Assembly: GCA_013153965.1 (NCBI GenBank) | Contig: JAADDJ010000014.1 | Coordinates: 1-55,805 of the forward strand | Length of the DNA stretch: 55,805 bases | Direction of reading: 5' to 3' | From: Thermotogota bacterium | GTDB lineage: Bacteria; Hydrothermota; Hydrothermia; LBFQ01 | In this document: positions 31,334 through 40,507 of the stretch, piece by piece | Layout of the letters: every line of letters begins with the position of its first letter | Numbering within the stretch: position 1 is the first letter of the stretch | Made by a program: the position numbers and the translations under genes | Notes under the pieces: model-generated | Told to the model about the DNA's origin: nothing | Database searches by the model: none | The model's input: only the letters and a program-made list of their open reading frames with translations

Positions 31334-32314
31334 ATGCTGACGATTCTGGCCCAGATAGTCGTAAATGCCCCCGCCTATGAGGACTATCGCTGGCCCACGA
31401 GACTATTCTTGGGGACTACGGCCGACGTACTTCCGGACGGGATGATCTGGTTGCACGGCGGGATCGTTCTGAACGACCAATTCGTTGATTATGGAATCTG
31501 GCACGGTGTCTTCAACTTAGGATTGAGCGATCTGGCCGAGGTCAGGGTATCCATGGGGCGACTCCTCAGCGCGCCCTTGGGGAGGTGGTTTCAGGTCAAT
31601 GAGGTAACGACGGCTCTGAAGTTGAAATTTCTGAATGTGGGGCCCGTGTCGGCGGCCGTAGATTTCAAGGCGAACCCCGGCATAAGGAATATCCTGCGCG
31701 ATACGATGCTCGTATTCAACCCCGAGCCCGTTCGCCACATATACCTGCGAATATACCACACGCGGATGGTGGCGATGTCCCTGCCCATCACCTTAAGATT
31801 CGGGCGTGTGGCCATAACGGCCGCCCCCTCCATAACCCGACTGGGGGTGAGGATGGAGCTGGATAGGCTCCCATCCACCGACAACTGTCTGGAGGGGGTC
31901 CTTTGCGACAGTCTCATCGCTTGGCTATCTACCGAGCCCTTCAGGGAGTCTCCCACGGAGAGCCGTCTAACGTTCAAGGGGGGATACTTGGGAGGGGAGT
32001 ACATGTGGCGGGAGAACGCCATCCTCATCGCGGAGTTCAACCTGATGCCGAAGTTCATATACAGGGGGATGCCCCTCTCCGATACCCTGCTGGCTCCGGC
32101 CAAGTTCTATCCCGACAACAGGGCCCCCTCCGATAGGGTCTATCCCCTCCTCTACTCCCTGTGGGGTATCCGGTACGCCCTACTCCGCTCCCTGTCCTTG
32201 GACATAGCCACCGTGATCCCCTACGATTTCACCCTCCCACCCGACAGGAGACTCAACCTCCTCAACGCCACCATATACCTGAACTTCAACCTGCTGTTCC
32301 CCCTGAACGATTAG
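31334..32314 (+). CDS. Probable outer-membrane protein of unknown function
   Basis: TADVLP N-terminal motif, beta-rich body, terminal strand IYLNFNLLF. SD GGAGGTGAGG. Confidence 0.6.
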   Translation: MLTILAQIVVNAPAYEDYRWPTRLFLGTTADVLPDGMIWLHGGIVLNDQFVDYGIWHGVFNLGLSDLAEVRVSMGRLLSAPLGRWFQVNEVTTALKLKFLNVGPVSAAVDFKANPGIRNILRDTMLVFNPEPVRHIYLRIYHTRMVAMSLPITLRFGRVAITAAPSITRLGVRMELDRLPSTDNCLEGVLCDSLIAWLSTEPFRESPTESRLTFKGGYLGGEYMWRENAILIAEFNLMPKFIYRGMPLSDTLLAPAKFYPDNRAPSDRVYPLLYSLWGIRYALLRSLSLDIATVIPYDFTLPPDRRLNLLNATIYLNFNLLFPLND

Positions 32315-32871
32315 GAGCTGCGTTTCTGGAGTGCGTACCGGATGAGGTCCTCCACGTTCCTGTAGCCCTGACTGAGGGCTTCGGAGACCAGCGTTCGGGC
32401 CTGAACGTAGTCTATCCCCAGATTGGTCAGGGCCTTTATGGCCTCGGAGGCGTAGGCCCCGCTCCCTCCCTCCGGTAGGGGAACGTCCTTGAGGGCGAAT
32501 ATCACCATCTCCGCCTTCTTCGTCCCCAGACCTCTGACCCTCTTCAGGGCGGACACGTTCCCCGTGCGAACGGCCGTGGCGAGCTCCTCAAGGGAGAGCT
32601 CCGAGAGGATGCGCAGGGCCATGGAGGGTCCAATCCCCGGGACCTCAAGGAGGGTGCGGAAGACCTCCATCTGCCTCTCGTCCGTGAATCCGTAGAGCTC
32701 AAAACCGGTCTGCTGGTTGAATATGGTATGCACGTGGAAGCGCACCTCCTCCCCCTCCGGGGGTATGCTGTCGGTGGGTACCTTCAGGTAGAAGCTCACC
32801 CCGGAGGATATCTCCAGAATCACACCGTCATCCTTGACCTTAACGACCCTACCCCTCAATCCTGCTATCAT
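32311..32871 (-). CDS. ruvA: Holliday junction branch migration protein RuvA
   Basis: MIAGLRG, LYGF, VPGIGP, GLGTKKAE, ALTNLG. Confidence 0.93.
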   Translation of the reverse strand: MIAGLRGRVVKVKDDGVILEISSGVSFYLKVPTDSIPPEGEEVRFHVHTIFNQQTGFELYGFTDERQMEVFRTLLEVPGIGPSMALRILSELSLEELATAVRTGNVSALKRVRGLGTKKAEMVIFALKDVPLPEGGSGAYASEAIKALTNLGIDYVQARTLVSEALSQGYRNVEDLIRYALQKRSS

Positions 32872-32880
32872 CTCTCCCCC

Positions 32881-33321
32881 CTATTTCAAGATGTAGTGGG
32901 CGGCCGCGAGGGCGTCGGTGATGTGATCCGGCACATCCTCGCGAAGGTCGTAGAGATTGCGGAGGATGTAAGCCACCTGACGCTTGGAGGCCTGACCGTA
33001 GCGGGTTGATGCCAGCTTCAAGCGCGAGGGCGGTATCTCCTCAACATCAACCCCGAGCTCGTGGAGGGTGAGCAGGAGAACTCCCCTCACCGCTCCCAGA
33101 ACTATGGCGACCTTGGGGTTGCGATGGTATATTATCGCCTCCATCACCGCCCTATCGGGTGAGAACTGGCGCACCACCCTAACCGTCTCCTCCTTTATCT
33201 TCAGGAGGCTCTCACCCAACTCCCCCTTCGTCCGTATGACGCCCCACGCCAACGCCCTATCCCTCTCAACCACTATCCACCCCGTCGCGCGGAGTGAAGG
33301 ATCAATTCCCAGAACCCTCAA
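32881..33321 (-). CDS. ruvC: Crossover junction endodeoxyribonuclease RuvC
   Basis: LGIDPS, G.ASKRQV, DALAAA. yebC-ruvC-ruvA synteny. Confidence 0.93.
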   Translation of the reverse strand: MRVLGIDPSLRATGWIVVERDRALAWGVIRTKGELGESLLKIKEETVRVVRQFSPDRAVMEAIIYHRNPKVAIVLGAVRGVLLLTLHELGVDVEEIPPSRLKLASTRYGQASKRQVAYILRNLYDLREDVPDHITDALAAAHYILK

Positions 33322-34064
33322 GCCGCCTTCTCTAAGATGGATGTGTCTATGTCAAAGTTCGCGAACACCTGCTGGACGTCGTCGTGGTCCTCCAGGGCCT
33401 GGTAGAGTTTCAGGATGGTCTCGGCCGTCTTACCCTCAACCCTGACCGTATTCTGTGGGAGCATGGTTATCTGGGCGGAGGATATGGGGATTCCGGCACC
33501 CTCAATCGCCTCCTTCACGTCGGAGAATTCCTGCGGGGATGTGAGTATGAGCCACGTATCCTCCTCCTCCCGAACGTCCTCGGCTCCGGCCTCCAGAGCC
33601 ACCTCGTATATGCGCTCCTCATCCACCTTGTCCTTCTCAACGTATATGACTCCGGCCTCGTTGAACTGCCAAGCCACGCTCCCGGGAGAGGCGAGGTTGC
33701 CACCGTACTTGGAGAATATGTGTCGCAGCTCCCCCGTCGTCCGGTTCCTATTGTCCGTCGTCACCTTCACCATGAACGCCACGCCTCCGGGCCCGTAGCC
33801 CTCATACACGACCTCCTCGTACTGCACACCCTCTATCTGACCGGTACCCCTCTTTATGGCCTTCTCTATGTTATCCCAGGGCATGTTGGCCTCTTTCGCC
33901 TTCTCTATGGCGAGTCGGAGGCGGGGATTGGTGTCCGGATTACCCCCTCCCATGCGTGCGGCCACCTGAATCTCACGAATGAGTTTGTTGAATATCTTGC
34001 TACGTCTTGCGTCCATCCGTGCCTTCTTGTGCTTTATCTGCGCCCATTTACTATGCCCAGCCAT
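33318..34064 (-). CDS. yebC: YebC/PmpR family protein
   Basis: MAGHSKWAQIKHKK, YEGYGPGG, TDNRNRT, DDVQQVFAN. Confidence 0.96.
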   Translation of the reverse strand: MAGHSKWAQIKHKKARMDARRSKIFNKLIREIQVAARMGGGNPDTNPRLRLAIEKAKEANMPWDNIEKAIKRGTGQIEGVQYEEVVYEGYGPGGVAFMVKVTTDNRNRTTGELRHIFSKYGGNLASPGSVAWQFNEAGVIYVEKDKVDEERIYEVALEAGAEDVREEEDTWLILTSPQEFSDVKEAIEGAGIPISSAQITMLPQNTVRVEGKTAETILKLYQALEDHDDVQQVFANFDIDTSILEKAA

Positions 34065-34115
34065 GCTCCGTATTATACCCTTGAACGACGTATAGGGTAA
34101 ATGCGCCTTTCCGCC

Positions 34116-35780
34116 CTACTTTATCAGGTTGAGGGGGTTGAAGGGGCTGAAGGCGTTGGGGACGAAGTAGGTGGCCTTCAGGACGTCGTAGAAGATGGGT
34201 CCGTAGGTTATAATGAGCAGGAGGACGGCCACGGCTATCCACAGCTTGAAGTTGTCCAGAGAGCGGGGCAGATCCTCCCTCTCGGGGTGGTAGGCCTCCG
34301 TGAATTCCAGGTCAACCTCCTCCGTGTCGGGTACGTCGGGCCTCTTGAAGAGCGTCATGAGGAAATTGACGAAGTATATTAGGACGGCCGTGAACATCAG
34401 GGTCCCCCCTACGGCTGCTATGCCCATCAGGACCTTCTCCTCAAGGTTCATGTAGGGCGACAGGCCCAAATGCGTCCTGCGGGGTATTCCGGCGCGTCCG
34501 AGCTGCATCATCCCCCACGCGAATATCAGAACTCCGACGACCCAGAGGTACGCGTGTATGGTGGCCCAAGTCTTGCTCCACGGACGCTTGCCGAAGAGCT
34601 TCTCCATGAGGATGTAGGAGAGGGTTAGGAAGGTCATGGCGGCCGCCGTTCCGACGGTCATGTGGAAGTGCCCGGGGATCCAAGAGGTGTTATGCACCAC
34701 CTGATTGACGCTGTACGATGCATTGACTATGCCGCTTATCCCTCCGAAGATGAATACGATCATAGGTCCCACCATGCCGGCGAACCGGTAGTCCTTCCAA
34801 GGTAGGGTCCTTATCCATCCGAAGAGGCCCTCCCCTCCCCTCACTCTTCCGGCGTACTCAAGGGAGGCGGCGAGATTGAAGGCGGTGAGCAGCGAGGGTA
34901 CGGCCACCATGAAGGTCAGAAAAGCTTGGATCGCCTTCCACGTGCTGCTTATTCCGGGGTCGGAGAACTGATGGTGGGTTCCCACGGGAAGGGAGAAGAG
35001 GATGAACATTATGAAGACCACGCGAGCCATGGGCTCGGAGTAGAGCTTACCTCCTGCTATCCTCGGCAGCATGAAGTACCACGCCAGATAGGCGGGAAGC
35101 AGCCAGAAATACACCAGAGGATGCCCGAACCACCAGAAGAGGGTACGGGCCAGCTCGGGATTTACCACCTTAACTATGCCGAGGGACCACGGTATGAGGA
35201 ATACCAGAACCTCTATGGCCACGCCTATGGTGGCCAAGAACCACACTATGTAGGTCGTTAGGACGGCGACCATGGGAGGAGGGGTCAGCTTCCCGGGATT
35301 CTCCCTCCTCCACGCCAAGAAGGCCAGGGTGGTGTTCAAAACGGCTATCCACGAGCCCACTATTATGAGCGTCGCCCCCACGTAGAAGGCCGGGTGGGCC
35401 TGAAGGGGCGGATAGAATGTGTATAGGACCGTCGCCTTATTCGTAAATATGGCCCACGAGGCGAGGAGCGTACCCAAGAGCATGGTCCAGAACGAGAGAT
35501 GAACCAACCACCTGTTGAGTTTCCTCTTTAGGGAGACCTCCGTGACTATGTAGAGGAAGCCCACTATGAAGAACGTGGTGAAGACTATGGCGTTTAGGAC
35601 GCCATGCAGGGTCAATCCCTGATAGTAGAGTTTGGTGTCGTAGGTGAATATGCCGTACTTGTAAATCCCCGCCCGCGCCAGAACCTGAAACAGGCCGTAG
35701 GTGACGCCGGTGGCGAGGGCGAGAACTCCCACCAGCATGTGCCAGAGGGTCATATTTCGCAGATATCTCTCTATTCTCAT
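34116..35780 (-). CDS. cbaA: ba3-type (B-family) cytochrome c oxidase subunit I
   Basis: LTLHG, YTFYPPL, WWFGHPLVYFW, HHQF, GHFH. Confidence 0.95.
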   Translation of the reverse strand: MRIERYLRNMTLWHMLVGVLALATGVTYGLFQVLARAGIYKYGIFTYDTKLYYQGLTLHGVLNAIVFTTFFIVGFLYIVTEVSLKRKLNRWLVHLSFWTMLLGTLLASWAIFTNKATVLYTFYPPLQAHPAFYVGATLIIVGSWIAVLNTTLAFLAWRRENPGKLTPPPMVAVLTTYIVWFLATIGVAIEVLVFLIPWSLGIVKVVNPELARTLFWWFGHPLVYFWLLPAYLAWYFMLPRIAGGKLYSEPMARVVFIMFILFSLPVGTHHQFSDPGISSTWKAIQAFLTFMVAVPSLLTAFNLAASLEYAGRVRGGEGLFGWIRTLPWKDYRFAGMVGPMIVFIFGGISGIVNASYSVNQVVHNTSWIPGHFHMTVGTAAAMTFLTLSYILMEKLFGKRPWSKTWATIHAYLWVVGVLIFAWGMMQLGRAGIPRRTHLGLSPYMNLEEKVLMGIAAVGGTLMFTAVLIYFVNFLMTLFKRPDVPDTEEVDLEFTEAYHPEREDLPRSLDNFKLWIAVAVLLLIITYGPIFYDVLKATYFVPNAFSPFNPLNLIK

Positions 35781-35783
35781 CGC

Positions 35784-36281
35784 TTACCTCCTACCTTTCT
35801 CCTTCTTCCACCTCTCGTACTCCACCTCGGGAAGGACACGTATCACTCCGAACATGGCCTGATGCCCCAGACCGCAGAATTCGTTGCACACGAACCTGTA
35901 CTCGCCGGGTCTGTTGAAGACCAGCTCCGCCTTATTGACGGCCCCGGGTACGGTCATCAGATTGACGGCCTTCCCCTCTATCTCAAATCCGTGCTGAACG
36001 TCCAAGCTGGTGGTGTATATGGTTATCTTTGAGCCGGCGGGGACGACTATCTCGTTAGGCTGGAAGGACCACATCCTCGCCAGAAGTTTCAACTGGTACT
36101 CCTTCGGACCGAGCTCAATCAGCTCCCCCTTCTCAAAGGGTTTGAAGTCGGTTATGCAGGTGGGAACATCTATACCCTTGAGGAGGGCGATACCTATCAC
36201 GGCGAGGAAGAAGACGAGGACCATCCCGTAGGAGAGTTTCATCGCCCAAGCCTCGTACTCGTCTATGAAGTTCCACCTCAT
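35784..36281 (-). CDS. cbaB: ba3-type oxidase subunit II (CuA)
   Basis: Single TM, DVQHGF, CNEFCGLGHQAM. Confidence 0.95.
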   Translation of the reverse strand: MRWNFIDEYEAWAMKLSYGMVLVFFLAVIGIALLKGIDVPTCITDFKPFEKGELIELGPKEYQLKLLARMWSFQPNEIVVPAGSKITIYTTSLDVQHGFEIEGKAVNLMTVPGAVNKAELVFNRPGEYRFVCNEFCGLGHQAMFGVIRVLPEVEYERWKKEKGRR

Positions 36282-36284
36282 GGC

Positions 36285-36425
36285 TCACCCTCCCCTTGAG
36301 GATATCAGCAGGAAGTATATGGAGAACCACATCAGCGCGTACATGGCCACCATGGCCAAGAAGAAGGCCACGGCCCCCGTCGGTTTGAAATCCTTGAGAT
36401 CCCTGCCGTTCCTACTATCCATCAT
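36285..36425 (-). CDS. cbaD: ba3-type oxidase subunit IIa (46 aa)
   Basis: Manual translation MMDSRNGRDLKDFKPTGAVAFFLAMVAMYALMWFSIYFLLISSRGG. KPxGA..W..Y...RG pattern, directly upstream of cbaB. Not in ORF track. Confidence 0.88.
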   Translation of the reverse strand: MMDSRNGRDLKDFKPTGAVAFFLAMVAMYALMWFSIYFLLISSRGG

Positions 36426-36432
36426 AGTGGGT

Positions 36433-36485
36433 ATTCTATAAAGGCAAAAGTTTGCTTTTGCAAATGCATCCGATACTCATTTGCA
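36433..36485 (-). promoter_or_regulatory. cba operon promoter with overlapping inverted repeats
   Basis: TAGAAT 7 nt before ATG, GCAAAAG-N4-CTTTTGC and TGCAAATG-N11-CATTTGCA in an AT-rich spacer. Confidence 0.5.
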
Positions 36486-36556
36486 GAAAATGTTTCACGG
36501 CGATTAATGTCGGAACCTAAAATTGGGAAAATTTTGACTTTAGAGGGTTGCGAAGG

Positions 36557-37936
36557 TTAGAAACTCAGGGAGTACTTGAGGGACAGATTCCAGAAGCGGC
36601 GCTCCCCCTCCCGCCTCCGGAGGGCCGAGACCTCACCTCCTTGGAACTTCGCTGCTATCCCCACCCCCGTGCCGTCGGGTCTGAAATCGTAAGAGAGCCC
36701 CACATCAACCCTCTCAACCTCAATCACCGGTATCCACCCCACGCTGTATATATCCATCTCCCTCATGAGACGGTAGTACAGGTTGCTGTCGGCAACGTAC
36801 CTACCCCTGTCCCAGAGGCGAAGACGCAGGTAGAAGTCCCCTCTGCCGCTGTAGTGGGCCTCCATCTCCATGTATCGGTAGAGGGAGTTGTCCTCCGGCT
36901 TGAAGCGGTAGAGGGTGTATATGGCCGAGATCTCGGCCGCCAAGGTTATATTTCCGAGGGTATTCTGCGCCCCGAGAACGTACCTGAGGAGGGTACGGGT
37001 ATCGGACGACTTGCTTCCGTCTATCAGGACGTGGTCCTCCCTACGTCGGCGCAGATAGAGCTCAAACCCCCCGAGGTCCAACTTCCCCCCTACGAGGATA
37101 TCCCTGTAGGCTTTGGAGAGGGGTTTTAGCCGGCCGGTGTATAGGTTGATGGTGCGACTGACGGACAGGGTGAGGGTTATAAGGTCAAATATCTCCGGCA
37201 GGTACTCAAACTTCGTCCTCTCCTCCGTTCCCACCGTTCCCTCACCCAACCCCACGTAGTTGTATCTACCCAAGTCCATGGACGCGAGGGCCCTATGCAC
37301 GAAGAAACCGGTGCGTATCCGTCCCGACACCCTCCCGCTCGCGACGTAGGAGATGTAGCTCTTTATGGGTGTTAGGGGATACTCCTTGCCCGAGTATCCG
37401 ACGCCCAGGCGGTAGGAGATGTCCCCCTTGCCCTCAAGGTAGGGAGCCACCTCGTAGGTTATGAGATTCTCCGAGTAGGAGGGCAGGCTGTAGTGGGCGC
37501 GGGAGTACGAGGACCTGAGACCCACTTCCGTTCCGAAAACGTGAGCCGAAGGTTTGAAGACCACCTTCCCCAACTTCAGGAGAGGGCGGGCCTCCAGGCG
37601 GGCATCCAGCCAAGGTACGGCGTACCGGAGGGTTATGCCGGAGTTGTTTATCAGTCTATCCCTCCCTATCACGCGCAGGTCTCCCCCCAACTTCAGGTTG
37701 CCCCATCCCCTCTTCAGCCCTACCGCGTACTCGCCGGCGGAGGATGAGCGGATGTTGTCGCTGTAGAGGGTCCAACCGCCCCTCTCGTAGTTGAAGGAGA
37801 GCTTCTGGGTGCGCTTGCCTATGGAGGACGACACGTAATCTTGGGCCACCAGATAGAAGGACGGTCTCTGAAACAGCACATCCGTCCAGCCGTAGTTGTC
37901 GTAGAAGTAGTGGGTGAGCTCCAGTACCCCGAACAG
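36557..37936 (-). CDS. Probable outer-membrane beta-barrel protein of unknown function
   Basis: Tyr/Gly-rich beta pattern with terminal strand WNLSLKYSLSF. Reading frame is open up to a CTG 6 nt after TAGAAT (track start GTG 37879). Confidence 0.65.
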   Translation of the reverse strand: MFGVLELTHYFYDNYGWTDVLFQRPSFYLVAQDYVSSSIGKRTQKLSFNYERGGWTLYSDNIRSSSAGEYAVGLKRGWGNLKLGGDLRVIGRDRLINNSGITLRYAVPWLDARLEARPLLKLGKVVFKPSAHVFGTEVGLRSSYSRAHYSLPSYSENLITYEVAPYLEGKGDISYRLGVGYSGKEYPLTPIKSYISYVASGRVSGRIRTGFFVHRALASMDLGRYNYVGLGEGTVGTEERTKFEYLPEIFDLITLTLSVSRTINLYTGRLKPLSKAYRDILVGGKLDLGGFELYLRRRREDHVLIDGSKSSDTRTLLRYVLGAQNTLGNITLAAEISAIYTLYRFKPEDNSLYRYMEMEAHYSGRGDFYLRLRLWDRGRYVADSNLYYRLMREMDIYSVGWIPVIEVERVDVGLSYDFRPDGTGVGIAAKFQGGEVSALRRREGERRFWNLSLKYSLSF

Positions 37937-37985
37937 TCCCCTATTCTATGGGGGTTCCCCCTTCAACGGTATAATCTCCAAACTC

Positions 37986-38687
37986 ATGAGCGCAGTCAAG
38001 GAACGGAAGGCCAAGACCATAACCTTGGAGGACCTCAAGAAGAATCCCAAAGTGGAAGCCTTGATAATCAAAGCCGACAAGAATCTTGAGGCCTTAGGCT
38101 ATACGGAGCACGGAAAGAGGCATGTCTCATGGGTGGCCAAGAACGCGGGCAGGATAATGAGGCGCTTGGGCTTCCCGGAGCGGAGGGCGCAGCTGGCCGA
38201 GATGGCCGGCTACCTGCACGATATAGGGAACGCCGTCAATAGGGTGGGACACGAGCATGTGGGGGCACTCCTTGCGAAGGACATCCTGACGGAGATGGGC
38301 ATGCCCTACGACGAGGTCCTTGAGATAATGGCGGCCATAGGGAACCACCACGAGGAGAGCGGTTATCCGGTGTCGGACGTGGCCGCAGCCCTGATAATAG
38401 CCGACAAGGCCGACGTGCATCGCACGAGGGTACGGCCGCAGAATCGGACGTCCATAGCGCTGGTCAATGACATACACGACCGGGTGAATTACGCCGCGAC
38501 CCTCTCGCGCATAGAGATAGACCCCAAAAACCGCATCATCTCCTACAACATAGAGATTGACATAAACATCGCCCCCGTGTTTGAGTACTTTGAGATATTC
38601 CTCGGAAGGCTCATAATCTCGCGAAAGGCGGCCAAGGTCCTAAACGCCGAGCTTCATCTCTATATAAACGGCGTCAGGTTGGCATGA
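37986..38687 (+). CDS. HD-domain phosphohydrolase
   Basis: GYTEHGKRH, YLHDIGN, IGNHHE, ADKADVHRTRV. Start moved to ATG 37986. Confidence 0.9.
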   Translation: MSAVKERKAKTITLEDLKKNPKVEALIIKADKNLEALGYTEHGKRHVSWVAKNAGRIMRRLGFPERRAQLAEMAGYLHDIGNAVNRVGHEHVGALLAKDILTEMGMPYDEVLEIMAAIGNHHEESGYPVSDVAAALIIADKADVHRTRVRPQNRTSIALVNDIHDRVNYAATLSRIEIDPKNRIISYNIEIDINIAPVFEYFEIFLGRLIISRKAAKVLNAELHLYINGVRLA

Positions 38688-39445
38688 CGGACACCCACAG
38701 CCATCTGAACGACCCCAAGCTCATGCGCTCTCTGGATGAGGTCGTGAGGCGGGCCAAGGAGTGGGGGGTCGGGAGGATAAACGTCGTGGGATACGACATC
38801 CCCTCATCCGAGAGGGCGATAGATATAGCCCGCAGGTACGATGGGGTCTATGCCGTCGTGGGTCTCCACCCCTACGAGGCGGAGCGCTACGATGAGGGAA
38901 CCCTCGCCCGTCTGGAAACCCTGCTGGGCTTACCCGAGGTTGTGGCCGTCGGCGAGATAGGCTTGGATTACTACCGGGGACCCGACGACAGAAAGGCCCA
39001 GAGGGAGCTGTTCATCGCGCAGATATCCCTCGCCGAGAGGTACTCCCTCCCCGTCGTCCTCCACGTGAGGGATGCCTTTGAGGACACCCTCGCGATAGTT
39101 GGGGACTTTCCCAACGTGCCCTTCGTCTTCCACTCCTTCTCCGGCGACGCGAGGATGCTGGAGCGGGTCGTTGCCGAAGCCAACCGGTACGTATCCTTCT
39201 CCGGCATGATAACCTTCCTCGGCCACGTGCGCGCGGCCGCCCGGATATCCCCGAGGGAGCGCACATTCGTTGAGACGGATGCTCCCTACCTCGCCCCCGT
39301 TCCCAAGCGCGGTCGCAGGAATGAGCCGGCATACGTCAAGTTCGTTCTGGAGGCGCTGGCAGACCTGTGGAACGTAGATTTCGCGGAGGCGGAGGCACTG
39401 ACGGATGGGAACGCCCTCAGGTTCTTCAGGTTCGGAGAGAGATAA
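38684..39445 (+). CDS. tatD: TatD family hydrolase
   Basis: DTHSHL, GLHP, GEIGLDY, HSFSG, ETDAPYL, RNEP. Confidence 0.93.
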   Translation: MTDTHSHLNDPKLMRSLDEVVRRAKEWGVGRINVVGYDIPSSERAIDIARRYDGVYAVVGLHPYEAERYDEGTLARLETLLGLPEVVAVGEIGLDYYRGPDDRKAQRELFIAQISLAERYSLPVVLHVRDAFEDTLAIVGDFPNVPFVFHSFSGDARMLERVVAEANRYVSFSGMITFLGHVRAAARISPRERTFVETDAPYLAPVPKRGRRNEPAYVKFVLEALADLWNVDFAEAEALTDGNALRFFRFGER

Positions 39446-39448
39446 AGG

Positions 39449-40507
39449 TTGGCACTGGCGGTTAAGTTAGTACTTATCGTCTTCTTCTTCGTGGCGTCCG
39501 CCATCATATCGGGATCGGAGGTGGCGTACTTCAGTCGCAAGTCCCCGAGCCGGCTGGCGCAGGTGAAGGCCTTCGGGTTGTTGGCCACCATATTGCTCCT
39601 CAACAACGTGTCCAACTCCTACCTCTCCTCGCTGGTCGCCGACGTCCTCCCGGCCTCCGACCTCTTCGTGGCTCTGGGGCTATCGGTAGCCATCACCGTA
39701 TTCTCCGAGCTTCTACCCAAGCGGTTGGCCATGAGCCATCCCCACCTGTTCGTGAAGATAACCGAGTTCATATACGAGCCTCTGGCCACTGTCCTATCAA
39801 TCCTGAAGATAAGGGTTGAGGCGGATACGACCAAGATTACCACCTACGCCGTCATGGAGGCCGTGGTAGATGCCATCCAGAACTCCGAGATGACCCCCGA
39901 GGAGCGCCTGAACATCGCCAAGATCCTCTACGCCATACATGCGAAGGGCTACACCCTCCTCTATCCCATATCCGAGAGTCCCATCCTCCGCTTTGAGATG
40001 TCCGTGAGGGAGGCTCTGGAGCTGCTGGAGAGGGAGAATTACGATAGGGATTGGGTCCCCGTCTATCACATTGACCCCAACTTCATCACCCACATGGTGC
40101 ATGTTGAGACCCTAAGGAAAGCCTCCCCCGATGAGCCTATAATGGACCTACCGATGGATCAAGCCCGCTACTTTCCGCTTCTGGGCAGCTTCACGCGGAT
40201 CCTTAACATCGTGGAGGATGTGGGCCATCTGGTTCTCATAGACGAGTACGGGAACTCCCGCGGCTTCTCCTACCGGAAGGACGTTGAGCTGTGGATGCTC
40301 TCCGCGGGCGACGTTCTGCCCATGAGGACCTCCCTCCTTGAGCTCTACATAATAACGGGGAGGGAGCTCGGACCTATAAACTGGGACCTCGCGGATCTCT
40401 TCCAGTTCTTCCTCGGCAGGAGCGCCGAGGATGGCGACAGCATAATAGTGCAGGATGTCAAGCTCACGGTCGTGAGGGACATCTTCGTTAAGGTTGAGAT
40501 ACTATGA
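39449..40507 (+). CDS. CNNM/DUF21 + CBS domain membrane protein
   Basis: SGSEVAYFS, LATILLLNN, FSELLPKRLA, LIDEYG. Confidence 0.8.
   Translation: MALAVKLVLIVFFFVASAIISGSEVAYFSRKSPSRLAQVKAFGLLATILLLNNVSNSYLSSLVADVLPASDLFVALGLSVAITVFSELLPKRLAMSHPHLFVKITEFIYEPLATVLSILKIRVEADTTKITTYAVMEAVVDAIQNSEMTPEERLNIAKILYAIHAKGYTLLYPISESPILRFEMSVREALELLERENYDRDWVPVYHIDPNFITHMVHVETLRKASPDEPIMDLPMDQARYFPLLGSFTRILNIVEDVGHLVLIDEYGNSRGFSYRKDVELWMLSAGDVLPMRTSLLELYIITGRELGPINWDLADLFQFFLGRSAEDGDSIIVQDVKLTVVRDIFVKVEIL

Noticed and set aside
32311-33321. ruvC as a transposon or Cas nuclease; missing ruvB
   Set aside because: Ordinary yebC-ruvC-ruvA context, and separation of ruvB is common.
37986-39445. HD hydrolase plus TatD as a defence module
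   Set aside because: Both look like housekeeping families in a core neighbourhood, with no defence-associated partners.
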